A stretch of DNA of 64,000 nt, taken from positions 125,242,001 to 125,306,000 of the forward strand of contig NC_058368.1 of assembly GCF_018350175.1 (NCBI RefSeq), read 5' to 3'. This DNA comes from Felis catus. Taxonomy: Eukaryota. Below, one piece after another: positions 12,215 through 24,900 of this stretch. Within the stretch, counting starts at the first letter, position 1. Each line of letters starts with the position of its first letter. The notes under the pieces are model-generated. The model did not search any database, had not been told where the DNA came from, and saw nothing but the letters and a program-made list of their open reading frames with translations. The position numbers and the translations under genes are program-made.

Positions 12215-13080
12215 TAAAGCTAATTTTAAAGCAGATCCCAGGTGGATCAGTTTAATAGACTTCAGTATTTCTTTTAAATACCACCATCACACCATTATTA
12301 TATCTAAATTGACTAATAATTTCTTAATGTCATTTAATGTTCACTTCATGTTTAAATTTTTGATTCATAATATTCATTCTTTAAAGGTTGGTTGGTTTGA
12401 GTAAGGATCTGTATAAGGCCCACCTGTTGTGTTTGATTATTTGCATATTGACAGCCATTTATTTGTTGGGGGAAAAAAAAAAAACGCAGATCATTTGACC
12501 TGTCCAGTATCCTGTGATCTGGATTTGCTGGGTTATTTCCCTCAGATGTCCTTAATTTGTTCCTCTTTGTTGAGCTTCCTGAAAGTTAGTAGTTAGATCA
12601 GATTTCAGGTTACATCTGGGGTGGGAGCAAGAATGTATTATAGGTAACATTGTTGTGCATCTTCATGGGTCACATCTAGAGACACTTGATGTCTAGTCTA
12701 TTTGTGATTAGACCATTGTAATTTTAAAAAATAAGGTTTACTGAGGTATAGTTTACTTACACTGAAGTTGGCCAGTATTAAGTGTACAATTTGATTTTTG
12801 ACAGATGGGTACATTTGTATAACTACAAGCAAGATAAAAACCCTGTTAGCTCAAAAACTTCCTCCTTCCCTTTGCAGTCATACCCGTACACCTCAGGCCC
12901 TCACCCCCACTCTTCTGATCTAGTTTTTGTTACTGTATTTTTGCCTATTTCAGAATTTCATTATAATTGGAATCTTAAAGTAGTAAGATCATTGTCACTC
13001 AGAAGAGAGCATAAGAAGATAAATTGGGCAAGGAGCTCCAGGTCTAATTTCCTTCCATTTTTATATGACAGGGACTTGCC

Positions 13081-13092
13081 ATGAGGTGTTGA
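13081..13092 (+). promoter_or_regulatory. Three-codon upstream ORF (Met-Arg-Cys-stop) in the GPBP1 5'UTR
   Basis: cttgcc-ATG AGG TGT TGA, 48 nt upstream of the main ATG and inside the exon. Confidence 0.7.
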
Positions 13093-13128
13093 AGCCTTGT
13101 TTCACTGAGTTGGAGAGACTGGACCTAA

Positions 13129-13191
13129 ATGGCGCAGCATGACTTTGCTCCAGCCTGGCTTAATTTTCCTACTCCACCATCATCAACAAAG
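13129..13191 (+). CDS. GPBP1: GPBP1 first coding exon ('exon 3'); exon starts at 13072 with 57 nt of 5'UTR; encodes MAQHDFAPAWLNFPTPPSSTK
   Basis: Acceptor ttatatgacag|g at 13071/13072, ATG at 13129, donor AAG|gtactc at 13191/13192; phase 0. Confidence 0.96.
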
Positions 13192-13314
13192 GTACTCTTT
13201 CTTGCATTTCTCTTTGTCTTTTTGTGTGCCTCTCAGTTCATGTTCTACACAAAGGTAGCTTAAATGTGAAGCCTTAGTATTTTTGAGGAGAAAATTTGTG
13301 TTACCATCTAAATT

Positions 13315-14510
13315 CTTTCTTTTTTTTTTTAATGTTTATTTTTGAGAGAGACAGAATGCAAGTGGGGGAGGATCAGAGAGAGGCAGGGGGCACAGAATGT
13401 GAAGCAGGCTCCAGCCTCCGAGCTGTCAGCACAGAGACCGACGCGGGGCTTGAACTCACGAACCATGAGATCACGACCTGAGCCCAAGTCGGACGCTCAA
13501 CCGACTGAGCCACCCAGGCGCCCCAAAATTATTTCATGTTGAATTTGTCAGTTTTAGTATACCATCACCATACTTGTTTCATTTACTTTGGTTGTCTTTT
13601 GTGCTAATCAAATTTGTACACATTTTGTTTTTTCTTTTAAAGTTTATTTATTTATTTGAGCCTGTGCATGTGCAAGGGAGTGAGAGAGAGAATCCCAAGC
13701 AGACTGCATGCTGTCAGCACAGAGCCCGCTCAGGGCTCTGTCCCATAAACCCTGTTATCAGGATGATTATAAATTGAAATCAGGAGACAGAAGCTTAACT
13801 GACTGAGCCCCCCCAGGCATCCCCCACACATTTTTATTCAGACCTGTTGGATACATTGGACTTTACTTTTGCATCTTACCTTTGCCTATACTATTTTTCA
13901 AAGAAAATTTTTTTTAATATTTATTTTGAGAGAGAGAGAGCACGTGAGCAGGGAAGGGGCAGAGAGAAAGGGAGAGGCTCCAGGTTCTGAGTTGTCAGCA
14001 CAGGGCCCAACGCCGGGCTCAAATTCCCCAGCTGTGAGATTATCACCTGAGGCAAAGTTGAACGCATAACCTGCTAAGCCACCCAGGGCCCCCTATCTGT
14101 ACTATTCTTAACAAAAATTTGAGGACTTTGAAGTCTTTCCATGCAACCAGAAGACTTTTTCGGATACATAAGACTTTGGCACAGCTCTAAAATTTCAGGA
14201 GTAATGAAAACTTTGCAGTGTTATAGATGAGGCCTCAGTAATCTAAGAAATGTTCCTTTTACTTAAAAACCCAAACATAATAGTTGGAGTAAGACTTGTG
14301 AGGCACTGCAGTTGTCTTCCACTTAAAGACTTTTAGGTGTGGTGCCTGGATGGCTCAGTCCGTTTTGTCCGACTTTGGCCCAGGTCATGATCTCATGGTT
14401 CCTGAGTTTGAGCCCTACATCAGGTGTCTGCTGTCAGCCCTGAACCCGCTTCTGATCCTCTGTCTCCCTCTTTCTCTGCCCTTCTCTGTCTCAAAAATAA
14501 ACACTTAAAA
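13315..14510. mobile_element. Can-SINE cluster: 13315-13524 (-), 13625-13824 (-), 13906-14092 (-), 14338-14510 (+)
   Basis: SINE cores. Confidence 0.9.
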
Positions 14511-15035
14511 AGCTTGCTAAGTAAGAGAGCAACCTTGGAATTGGTTAGAATCCATCTGTCTGGCTTAATAGTTGTCTTTGACTTTTTTTCCATAACGCAA
14601 AGGAATTGAGAGAGTCTTAATCATCTGTTTGCCTGTTAATCATACTCTACCATGCTAAGGTATTCACCTAGGACCTTTTGAGGTACAGACAGTTCTTACA
14701 AAAACAGTTTGTTAAAAGTAGCTCTTATGGGAACAATTTTTGTACTTTGGAAAGTCGTTCCTCAGTCAGGACATGTCAGATCATAATAATTGGTCCATAG
14801 TTTTGGCTCATAATTTTGTACAGATGGATTCTCTGGAAGGTTGAGTTCCTTGTTGTTGATACAATTACTGTGAGCCTAGACTAGAATCCAGGGTGCATTT
14901 CCTATTCCATTTCTTGACATAGGATTTATTTTGGAATGCTGTCAAATGATTAAACATCTCATTTCATAGCCTATAAAATGGGATTTGAGATTGGAGACTT
15001 ATGTTGATTAAGCTACTGAGATCACTTAAAAAAAA

Positions 15036-16187
15036 TTTTTTTTTTAACGTTTATTTATTTTTGAGAGAGCATGAGAAGAGGAGGGGAGAGAAAGGGGACA
15101 CAGAATCCGAAGCAGGCTCCAGGCTCTGAGCTGTCAGCACAGAGCCTGACATGGGCTCAAACCCTCTAACAGCAAAATCATGACCTGAACCGAAGTTGGA
15201 TGCTTAACTGACTAAGCTACCCAGGCACCCCTGAGATCAATTTTTAATGTTTATTTATTTTTGAGAGAGTGCGAGTGAGCATGAGTGGGGGGAGGGCCAG
15301 AAAGAGGGAGACACAGAACCAGAATCAGGCTCCAGGCTCTGACCTGTCAGCACAGAGCCCTACCGGGGGCTAGAACTCACAAACCCCAAGATCATGACCT
15401 GAGCCACAGTTGGGATGCTTAACCAATTGAGCTACCAGGCGCCCCTGAGATCACTTCTTACAGATTTTCCTCCTTTCCTCTTAGGTATGGGTCTCTGCAG
15501 TTTGCTCCTCACCCTGTTAAACCCAGCTGCTCTAATCTAGCCATTTAGGGGTCATTCTTAATTTGTGCCCACTTCACAGCCTGGATACATAAGAGTTTCG
15601 TGCTCCCCACCTTCCTTTTTTCTTTTTTTGTTTCCTTTTCTGAAATAGGTATAAGACTTGTTTTCATTTGCAAGCCAATTGATAAAAATTATCAGTACCT
15701 GGAAAGTTAGTTACAACATATTAAAAAGTATGGGAATACATCTTTTTTAATCAAAAGTGATTACTTTAACATATAAATGTTATGGTCTGCCATTTTATTT
15801 ATTAAAATTTTTTAGCTTTATTTACTTTGAGAGAGACAGTGTGAGCCGGGGAAGGGACAGAAAGAGAGGGAGAGAGAATCCCAAGTAGGCATCTCACTGT
15901 CAGCACAGAGCCTGATGTGAGGCTCGAACTCATGAACTGTGAGATATGACCTGAGCCAAAGTTGGACATTCAACTGTGCCAGCCAGGTGCCCCTAAAATT
16001 TTTTTTTAAGTATATCCATTTATTTTGAGAGAGGGAGGAAGACAGGCAGGGCAGAGACACTGGGGGAGAGAGAATCCCAAGCAGGCTCTGCACTGTCAGC
16101 GCAGAGTCCAGTGTTAGGCTCCAACTCACTGACCTGAGCTGAAGTCAAGAGTTAGATGCTTAACTGACTGAGCCACCCAGGTGCCCC
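15036..16187 (-). mobile_element. Four antisense Can-SINEs in two tandem pairs (15036-15445 and 15817-16187)
   Basis: SINE cores; target site ctgagatca(c/a)tt present three times around the first pair. Confidence 0.9.
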
Positions 16188-17358
16188 TGTGGTCTTTCAT
16201 TTTAATCTGTAATTCTTTTTTATGTATGTATTTATTTGTTTTAAACTTTGATTTAGTTTTTATTTGAATTATAGTTACTTAAAGTACAGTATTGGTTTTA
16301 GGAGTAGAATTCATTGATTTATCACTTACAGTGCTCAAAAAATTGAGATTAATTTTTGTCTTTGTTCAGATGTTAATATGAGATTTATATGTGGTGAAAT
16401 CCTTACTGCTTTCCTGAACCTGACTCTTTCTGGATATAGGTCTACATGAATGATGGTGATGATTTTCAAAATTGGGATTGCCTATTCTGAATCTCAATTC
16501 TAATTTGTTCTGAATTACCTACAGAAAATAGTATTTGAACTCTTAACTAGCAGTGGTTGAAATTATTTGTTTAGACCTTACCCAGACCTTTTGTGACAAA
16601 CACAAAACTTTTAGTAATGACTTCTTAAACTTTCCATCTTATCCTTTCATGTCTCAAAGTCTCACTATTCATCGAGTCTCATTTATAATTAACCTCTTGT
16701 TTTCTGCCAGAGCCCTTTTAATCTTCTATGAAATAAGTGGAACAGACATTAATTGACTGTGGGTTTCTCTATTTCAACATAACAGAATTCTTTCATTTAT
16801 TTGTTGTTTGAAGGGATGATAAGAGGACTTGAAATAAAAAATGTTTTTAGAAGAGCATTTTAGCAGTTTTCTGAGGTGTGTAGAGTTTTAGCCCCATCAT
16901 GTGGTGAAATTATAAACTGCATGTGGTTGATTATATGTCTGGCATAACCTTTACTTGAGCTGTTGATTGGGACCCAGTAAAAAGTAAATTTTACATAATG
17001 TTTTTGTATACACACAGGTGTAACTAAAACAAAAGTCAGTATACCTGTGGTGCAGTAATATATTCTCTTGTGGTTTTCTGTTCTTTTTATTCCATTAAAA
17101 AATGTAAATTGTTAGTGATACTATCATCCTTTAATAGGTCCTGAGTTGCATTTTAAAGAACATTTAAAAAGTAACAATTTTATTATTGAAGCATTACTGA
17201 ACTGAAATGGTTGTAGATACTGGAAAATTTTAAATAACTCTTTGGTTTAGAATCTTCTCCTTCTAGTTGTCTTACTCGAGGAAGGATTATAAAATGATCC
17301 CTGTAATAGGCTGCTCTGAAGTATCCTTTCATAGTATTGTTAGAAGGAGGAAGACTCC

Positions 17359-18750
17359 AGGGGCACCTGGCTGGCTCATTCAGAAGAGTACGTAACTCTT
17401 GATCGTGGGGTCCTCAGTTGCAGCCCCACAATGGGTGTGAAACCTACTTAAAAAAAAGGGGGGGAAGGTGCCTGGGTGGCTCAGTCACTTAAGCTGTTAA
17501 GCGTCTGACTCTTGATTTCGACCCAGGTCATGATCTCATTGTTCAGATGGCACAGAACTTGCTTGGGATTCTCTCTCCCCCTGACCCTCCCTCTCTTTCT
17601 CAAAATAAATACACTTAAAAAACAAATTAAAAAAGAAGGAAGATTCCAGGGGTGTGATACTAAAAGAGCAAATGGGTGGTAGGAAATAAGAAAATATGGG
17701 AATTTTTATTCTTCTTAAATAAAAGGTGACATTAAACTTGTGGACTTCCACTGCAGTTAATACATATTCATATTCAGTATTCTGTAGTTATTTCTGTCAC
17801 TAACATTAGTGCATTATGGATTCTTTTTTGGCAGCATCTAAAAAATAGTGGTTTAATATTTACCAAAACTTTTTTATTTTCCAAGTTTATTTTTGTGAGA
17901 GAGTGAGTGAGCATGAGGGGGCGAAGGGGCAGAGAGGAGACAGAATCCCATCCAGACTCTGTGCTGTCAGTGCAGAGCCTGACTCCGGTTCAAAGCCAGG
18001 AACCGTGAGATCATGACCTGAGCTGAAATCAAGAATTTAAAGTTCAGGCTAAAGAGAGGATCAGAAAGTTCAGTCAGACTGGTAGTGGAGTTCATTGAAA
18101 CTTCTTGTTTACTATGTAAATTTTTTATTAACTAGGGACTCATATTGTGAGCATCTGAGAAAACATTGCTAAATTAATTTTTTAAAAGGAATCCAGCCAG
18201 GATAATATTTAAAGTATGTAAAAGGTAAAGAGGGCGATAGAGATGGTTTCTTCCTTATTACAGATGTTGTAATAGCTTTTTTTTGAGTCCTCGTTATATG
18301 CCAGTGACTGTATATAACACTTGATGTGAATGCTAATAAAAATCATAGGCAGTAAATTCTCTTTTTTTCCCTCCCATTTACAAAGGAGGGAACTGAGGTT
18401 GAGAGAGAGGAATATGTGCCCCAAAGTGCTAAAGCTAAGATAGGAGTCCAGGTAGTAGCCTAATTTTCAAAAGTGCTTTTATGTAAATGCTTTTGTTAAA
18501 TACTAGAATGCTTTTGTGTAAACATCAGAATATATGTATTTTCAAAGTTTATTTTGAGAGAGGAAGAGAGGGAGGGGCTGAGAGAGAGAGAGACAGGGGA
18601 TGGGAGTGGGGGGAGTGAATCTTAAGCATGTTCCATGCTGTCAGTGCAGAGCCCGATGCAGGGCTCAGTCCCATGCACTGAACTGTAGTATTGTGGCCTC
18701 AACTGAAACCAGCAGTCCTACGCTTAACCGACTGAGCCAGCCAGGCGCCC
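17359..18750. mobile_element. SINE cluster: 17359-17458 (+), 17467-17640 (+), 17870-18040 (-), 18545-18750 (-), plus a MIR remnant near 18300-18450
   Basis: SINE heads; MIR core cccatttacaaaggagggaactgaggttgagaga. Confidence 0.85.
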
Positions 18751-19198
18751 TTACACCAGGATATCTTTATTCTGGTTTGGATAAATGAAATTTTCTTCAG
18801 AGATGGCCTCTCCAATATCTTTCTATGATCATCAGTACGTACAGATTGAACTATTCAGTGCCTGTGTAATCTTTTATTGAATATTTCTACATGGGTTATT
18901 TAATTAGTTTACATATTAATGGACTAAGCTGTAGGTTTAGGCATCTCTCAGATATATTTGTAGGGTGAAATTTAGCAGTATAATCTGTGGATCAGAGGGT
19001 TTGTACATTTTGGTTGGTAATGTGTAATTGCTTTCAAATTTTATGAGGGGGGCTAGTGTTCTCAGTTTTGGCAAAACTGGATGTTTTCACATTCTGTGAA
19101 ATTAGATATAAAATAGTACTTCATTGTTTTGATTTGCATTGTTTAATTATGGTTGAGTGTATTTTGGTGTTACAAAGAGTTTCTTAACTGCTTGTTCA

Positions 19199-21745
19199 GG
19201 GACACCTAGGTGGCTCAGTCTGTTGAACGTCCAACTCTTGATTTTGGCTCAGGTCATAATCTCTCAGTTGTGAGATTGAGTCTTGGCTTTGGCTCTGCTG
19301 ACAGCACATATCATGCTTGGGATTCATTCTCTGTCTCTCTTTCTTCCCCTTCCCTACTCTTATCCATGTACTCTTTTTTTTTTTCTCTCAAATAAATAAA
19401 AAAAGAACTGCTTATTCATGTAATCTATTTCTTAGTGATTTGCAACATCTTTTTGCATATTGGAGAATTTGCTGTATGTAGTAAATATTTGTTTTGATAA
19501 TTCTTCTTACATTTATTTTAATTCCTGTATAGTTAACATGCAGTGTTATATTAGTTTCAAGTGTACCAATGTAGTGTTTGAAGAATTCAGTACATGTTTT
19601 GATAATTCTTTAAAAAATCATGTAGAGGGGTTCCTGGGTGGCTGAGTCAGTTAAGCGTCTAACTTTGGCTCAGGTCATGATCTTGGGGTTCGTGAGTTCA
19701 AGCCCTGCTTCATGAGTTCAAGCCCCCCACGTCAGGCTCTGTGCTGACAGCTCATAGCCTTGAGCCTGCTTCGGATTCTGTCTCCTTCTGTCTATGCCTC
19801 TTAACCCACTCGCGCTCTGTCTCTCTCTTTCAAAAATAAATATTAAAAATTTTTTAAAAAATAAAAGAAAAAAGTGACTTTAAAAAACCATGTCGAATTT
19901 TTTTTTTTTTTTACATTTATTTATTTTTGAGAGACACAGTGAGAGCACGAGCAGAGGAGGGGCAGAGAGAGGAGACCCAGAACCTGAAGCAGGCTCCAGG
20001 CTCTGAGCAAGCGTTCAGCATAGAGCCTGTTGCGGGGCTCAAACCCACAAACTGTGAGGTCATGACCTGAGCTGAAGTTGGATGCTTAACTGACTGAGCC
20101 ACCCAGGTGCCCCACCATGTAGAATATTTTAATGAAATACTCGAGCATACAAAGGAGTACAGATAATAATTAAATGAATACTTATTAAAAACACAAGACA
20201 GTCCTTTCTTAACATTTTGCTATGTCAGCTTTTATTTCTTTGGGAAGTAAGGCATTATGTATGCAGTGAAGTCCACTGTTGTTATTTCTTCACAGTCCTT
20301 TGTTTTTATTTTCCCCAGGTGTTCTCAGTGCATGTTCTTATAACTACATATGCAAATGTCAAATAGTATTGTTATATATGTTTTTTATTAGTAATTATCG
20401 TTTATATAAAGTCTGCATCTTTTACATTCATTATATTTTTGAAAAATTTTCTCCCCTGTTGATATCTGCAGAATTAGTGTAATTATCTTAAAACTCTATA
20501 TGGTATCCTATTTTTTGTCTCTGTATTAGATTTAATTTGTCCATTTAAGTTTAGATTGTTTAAAATGTCACTCCGTTGGAATGTTCTCGTAATATGTCCT
20601 TGTACACATGAATTAAGAATTTTTTAGGTCTCTGCACTGCTCCTCACGCTTTTTTTTTTTTTAAACATTATTATTGAGAGACAGAGACAGAACATGAGCA
20701 TGGGAGAGACAGAGAGAGAGGGAGACACAGATTCTGAAACAGGCTCCAGGCTCTGAGGTGTCAGCACAGAGCCCAGTGTGGGGCTTGAACTCACCAATTG
20801 CGAGATCATGACCTGAGCCGAAGTCAGACACTTAACTGACTGAGCCACCCAAGCGCCCCTACTCACACTTTGAATGGATAAGAAAATAACGTGGGGATTT
20901 TATTAAAATGCAGATTCTGATTTCAGTAGTTCTTGGATGAGACCCTAATTCCAACATTCTTCAAAGTGATGCTGATTTCTTCTTCTCTGTGGACCAGTTT
21001 CAGTAGAAGGCTCCAACTTACAGTTAGAAGAAAAATTGTTGGGACTTGGTTAGATATTGCCAAATTCATTTTTGTGTGGTGTAGTGATGTATACTCTTGT
21101 ATGCTGTGTAGAACTATTGTCTTTAATTCTTGCCAAAATTTTATCACAGTTAACTTCTCTGCAAATCCTTGTTTCTTGGACAAGGAGTTAACATTTCTGT
21201 GAAATGCCTCTTCACGTCATTTGTTAATTTCTTTTGGGTTGCTTTTTTTTCTCTTATTAGTTTAGGACAAAATTATACACATCATTACACACATGTATGT
21301 ATATATTATATGTATATGTGTGTATAGGTCATCTTTAATGTCTTTAAAATTACAGTTTTTTTCCAGTTTTTCATGAATTAGGTGTATTCAAGTATTTCAC
21401 AGTACTTGTTGCTATTTTAAACAGTATTTTAAAAAGATTTATCACTGGGGCGCATAGCTGGCTCAGTCAGAAGAGCATGTGACTCTTGATCTTGGGGTTG
21501 TGAGTTCAAGACCCACAATGGGCGTAGAGCTTACTTAAAAAATAGTAAGTGGTGCCTGGGTGGCTCATTAGGTTAAGTGTCCAGTCCGACTTTGACTAAG
21601 GTCATGATCTCACAGTTGGTGAGTTTGAGCTGTGCATCAGAGAACCTGCTTTGGATCCTCTGTGTCCCTTTCTCTACCTACCTCCCATGGGTTTGCTCAT
21701 TCACTCTCTCTCTCAAAAATAAATAAACATTAAAAAAAAATAAAA
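19199..21745. mobile_element. SINE cluster: 19199-19404 (+), 19627-19875 (+), 19898-20113 (-), 20650-20859 (-), 21447-21745 (+, two copies); short L1 3' stub near 19510-19590; MER5A-like piece near 20890-21010
   Basis: SINE cores; L1 stub flanked by ttttgataattct repeats; MER5A-like ttaaaatgcagattctgatttcagtag. Confidence 0.85.
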
Positions 21746-21968
21746 GACTTTATTATTACTGTTCATTGCAGATATATTGTATCTTGTGCTAGTATTGTAT
21801 CTAGCAACTTTAATTCTTACCCTGTGTTATATTTTGGATTTTTAAGCCTGGGCAATCATTTATTCACAAATAATAAGTTTCCTAGCTACCTTTTTAGTCC
21901 TATTGTATTTCTCTTTTTTTCCCCCCGTTAATTATATGTCTTATTCTTCCGTTACTTTGCTGACTATA

Positions 21969-24900
21969 TGTCAATCTGTGAAGGATCTGGGTTTTATCCT
22001 ACTTGCAAGGTAATATAGATGCAGGGAGAAGACTGCTGAGTCAGTGACCAAGAGCTTTATTACTTATTAGCATGACAAGTATGATATTGGCACTGATTCT
22101 TTATGCCCCCTAAAACTTTGGGTAGTTGATGTGGAAGGGCCCACGTGGATGCTACCCTTGGTGCTGAGTGGGGAATTTATAATAAGCCTGCTCTTTGTCC
22201 CAGAGAAGGATGTTACCTATCATCCCTCAAATGGTGCTTACTGCAAACGTCACCTTGAGAAATGGGCCATAGAAAGAGCAGTGAAGGTCTTGCATTTTTG
22301 GCAGAACAGAAGGAAATGCTCACCGTCTATGGTGGATTGCCTGTCCCAACAGCTCTACAATCAGCTCTGTGTGTTCTTGGCCAAACTTGTATTTTCATAT
22401 GACTACCATTCAGCCAGCCACTCTGATTATTTTGATAGAGGCTAGAACAAAATTCATTTAATTATCTTAAACAGCATTTAATTAAGGCTACTGTTAACAT
22501 CCCTAACAGCCAGGTGAGGCCAGGATTCAGCTGGATGTGAACAAGTCCTAGAGTGGATCAATAGGTAATTTTTCAGCCAGACAGTATACGGTCTACGCCT
22601 GCTGTATTATCCATTAAAATGCACTCGACAATTTAAACTGATCTGAATTTTGGTGTCATTAACCTACATTTATAAGGATAATAGGTGGTCCAAAAATCAA
22701 CTCTCATCCTTAATAGAAGACAATCTGTGACTTATTTTCCCTCACATAGAAACATTGAAGGGGTACACATCAGTTTAGTTAGGGATTTGTTATTAAGCTT
22801 GTTTTGGATAACTTTTACATTAGTTTGGTTAAGAAACATAGACGGTGTCACCATTACTTGCAGCATCATTTGCCACATGTGGCATAACAGAATACTGCTC
22901 AGGTGTTGGGAGAATCATGAATTTTTATCAGAATGAAACCATTTTTTTTAAGCGTTTTTTACACATTGACTTTCAGGAGCTGCTGTTGATATCAGGCACA
23001 GGAGAATATTTAAGGATTGTTTATGGCCACATGAGTTTTTCTGATTTTGAAGTATGAGTAGGGATGATCCTTCTAGCAGTAGATGAGTGTTTTCTTCTCC
23101 GTTTCTGTTTGACTCAGGCCTTGGTGCTGTTTCTAGGGGTTAGAGCATTAATTGTTTTCCTTTCTTCCAGTGCTTTCTGGGGTCAAAGATGTTCCCTCTA
23201 CAGATGCTAGGGTTTTTTCTTTTTTAATATTATTTTATTATTTTTGAGAGAGAGAGACAGTGTGAGTGGGGGACAGGCAGACAGGGGAGACATAGAATCC
23301 AAAGTAGCTCCAGGCTCCGAGCTGTCAGCATAGAGCCCGACGACACGGGGCCCGAACCCACAAGCTGTGAGGTCATGGCCTGAGCTGAAGTCGGACGCCT
23401 CAACCAACAGAGCCACCCAGGCGCCCCTAGCATTTTTTCTTTTACACCCATGAAATTGGTGTGTCTCATTTGTTGTTGTTGTTTTTTTAATGTTTATTTA
23501 CTTTTGAGAGAGAGAGTGAGACAGAGTGTGAGCAGGGGAGGAGGGGCAGAGAGAGAGGGAGACACAGAATCTCAAGCAGGCTCCAGGCTCTGAGCTGTCA
23601 GGACAGAGCCTGACGTGGGGGTTGAACCATGAACCGTGAGAACATGACCTGAGCTGAAGTCAGACACTTAACTGACTGAGCCACCCAGGCACCCCTTATG
23701 TGTCTCATTTGGATAGCTGACTTCACTTAAAAGAAAATTCCCTACTTGTACCCAGATTTTTTGGTTTGGAAGAATTGGATGTGAGTGGAACCAAGGACAT
23801 TTTTATATCATTGCAGTGATGTATCATATTGCTCACCCTAGTCCACATTGGACCTTACTGAGGACTGGGTGAGAGATAGTCACACAAATGGTCACTGTCT
23901 TCAGATACAGGACCATCTCCCTCCAAAAAGAGAATCCAGGTGGCCAAACCAGATTATTTGAATTCCTTAGATTTCTTTTTTGGCCAGTGCATCACCCTGA
24001 GAGGTACATTGGCCTGCATTTTCTCTTAGGAGAAAGAAACAACATGTCAAGGGATAATCAGGGCAAATCCTGGTATTTTGTTTTTTAAAGTTTATGTTAT
24101 TTATTTTTGAGAGAGAGAATTCCAAGTAGGCTCCACGCTGTCAGTGCAGAGCCTGACGCAGGGCTTGATCCCATGAACCTGTGATATTAAGACCAGAGCC
24201 AAAAGCAAGAGTCAGATGCTCAACTGACTGAGCCACCCAGGTGCCCCCAGAATCCTGATATTTTAAAAATAGGTCTGTATTATCTCCTAACTCATTTTTA
24301 AAAATCCTAAATACTACCTAGGAAATGGCTAAGAAAAGATGATTTCTTTATGGGTTTGTTGCATTCATTGACCAAAGTGTCTCATTAAGGTGTGTGAAAT
24401 GAGGAATGTAAAGTTGTAGATTGTCCAGAGTTGAATGTTGAGACTGTTAGTATTGCTTGACAATACTGGATGCCTGCGGATAGTAGAGGGTATAGAGTGT
24501 CCATTTAGTATTTGAATATCGACCCATTGCAGGTTGAACTTTATGACAAAAGATGTACTATTACTGGAATGTTAGTGCTTGGAATACCAAAAACATGACA
24601 TGGATTTATTTCAAGGGTCACAATAGTGTGACCAGAGTTAGAGTTAGCCAGTCAGATTGCAGCAACAACACTGTAACCTGAAAAAATTTCAACAGTGAAG
24701 AAACACTATAGATAGTTCCAAGAAGTGATCAATGATTTGATGCAGTTCCTCTTGTGTAACGTAGCCTCCTTTGCAGCACGACAAGTAGATGAGCTGTTGG
24801 CAGGAGTCTCAGGCTGGCATGCAGAGGTGGCTTCTGCATCAGAAAGGAAAAGTCGTTTATTTTGTGACCAGTCTATGGTAGTGGATTGTTACAGGTCTGG

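Noticed and set aside
1..13071. Search for a GPBP1 promoter, CpG island or upstream exon
   Set aside because: CpG-rich sequence occurs only in young SINEs; no island or convincing exon was seen, so this is treated as intron.
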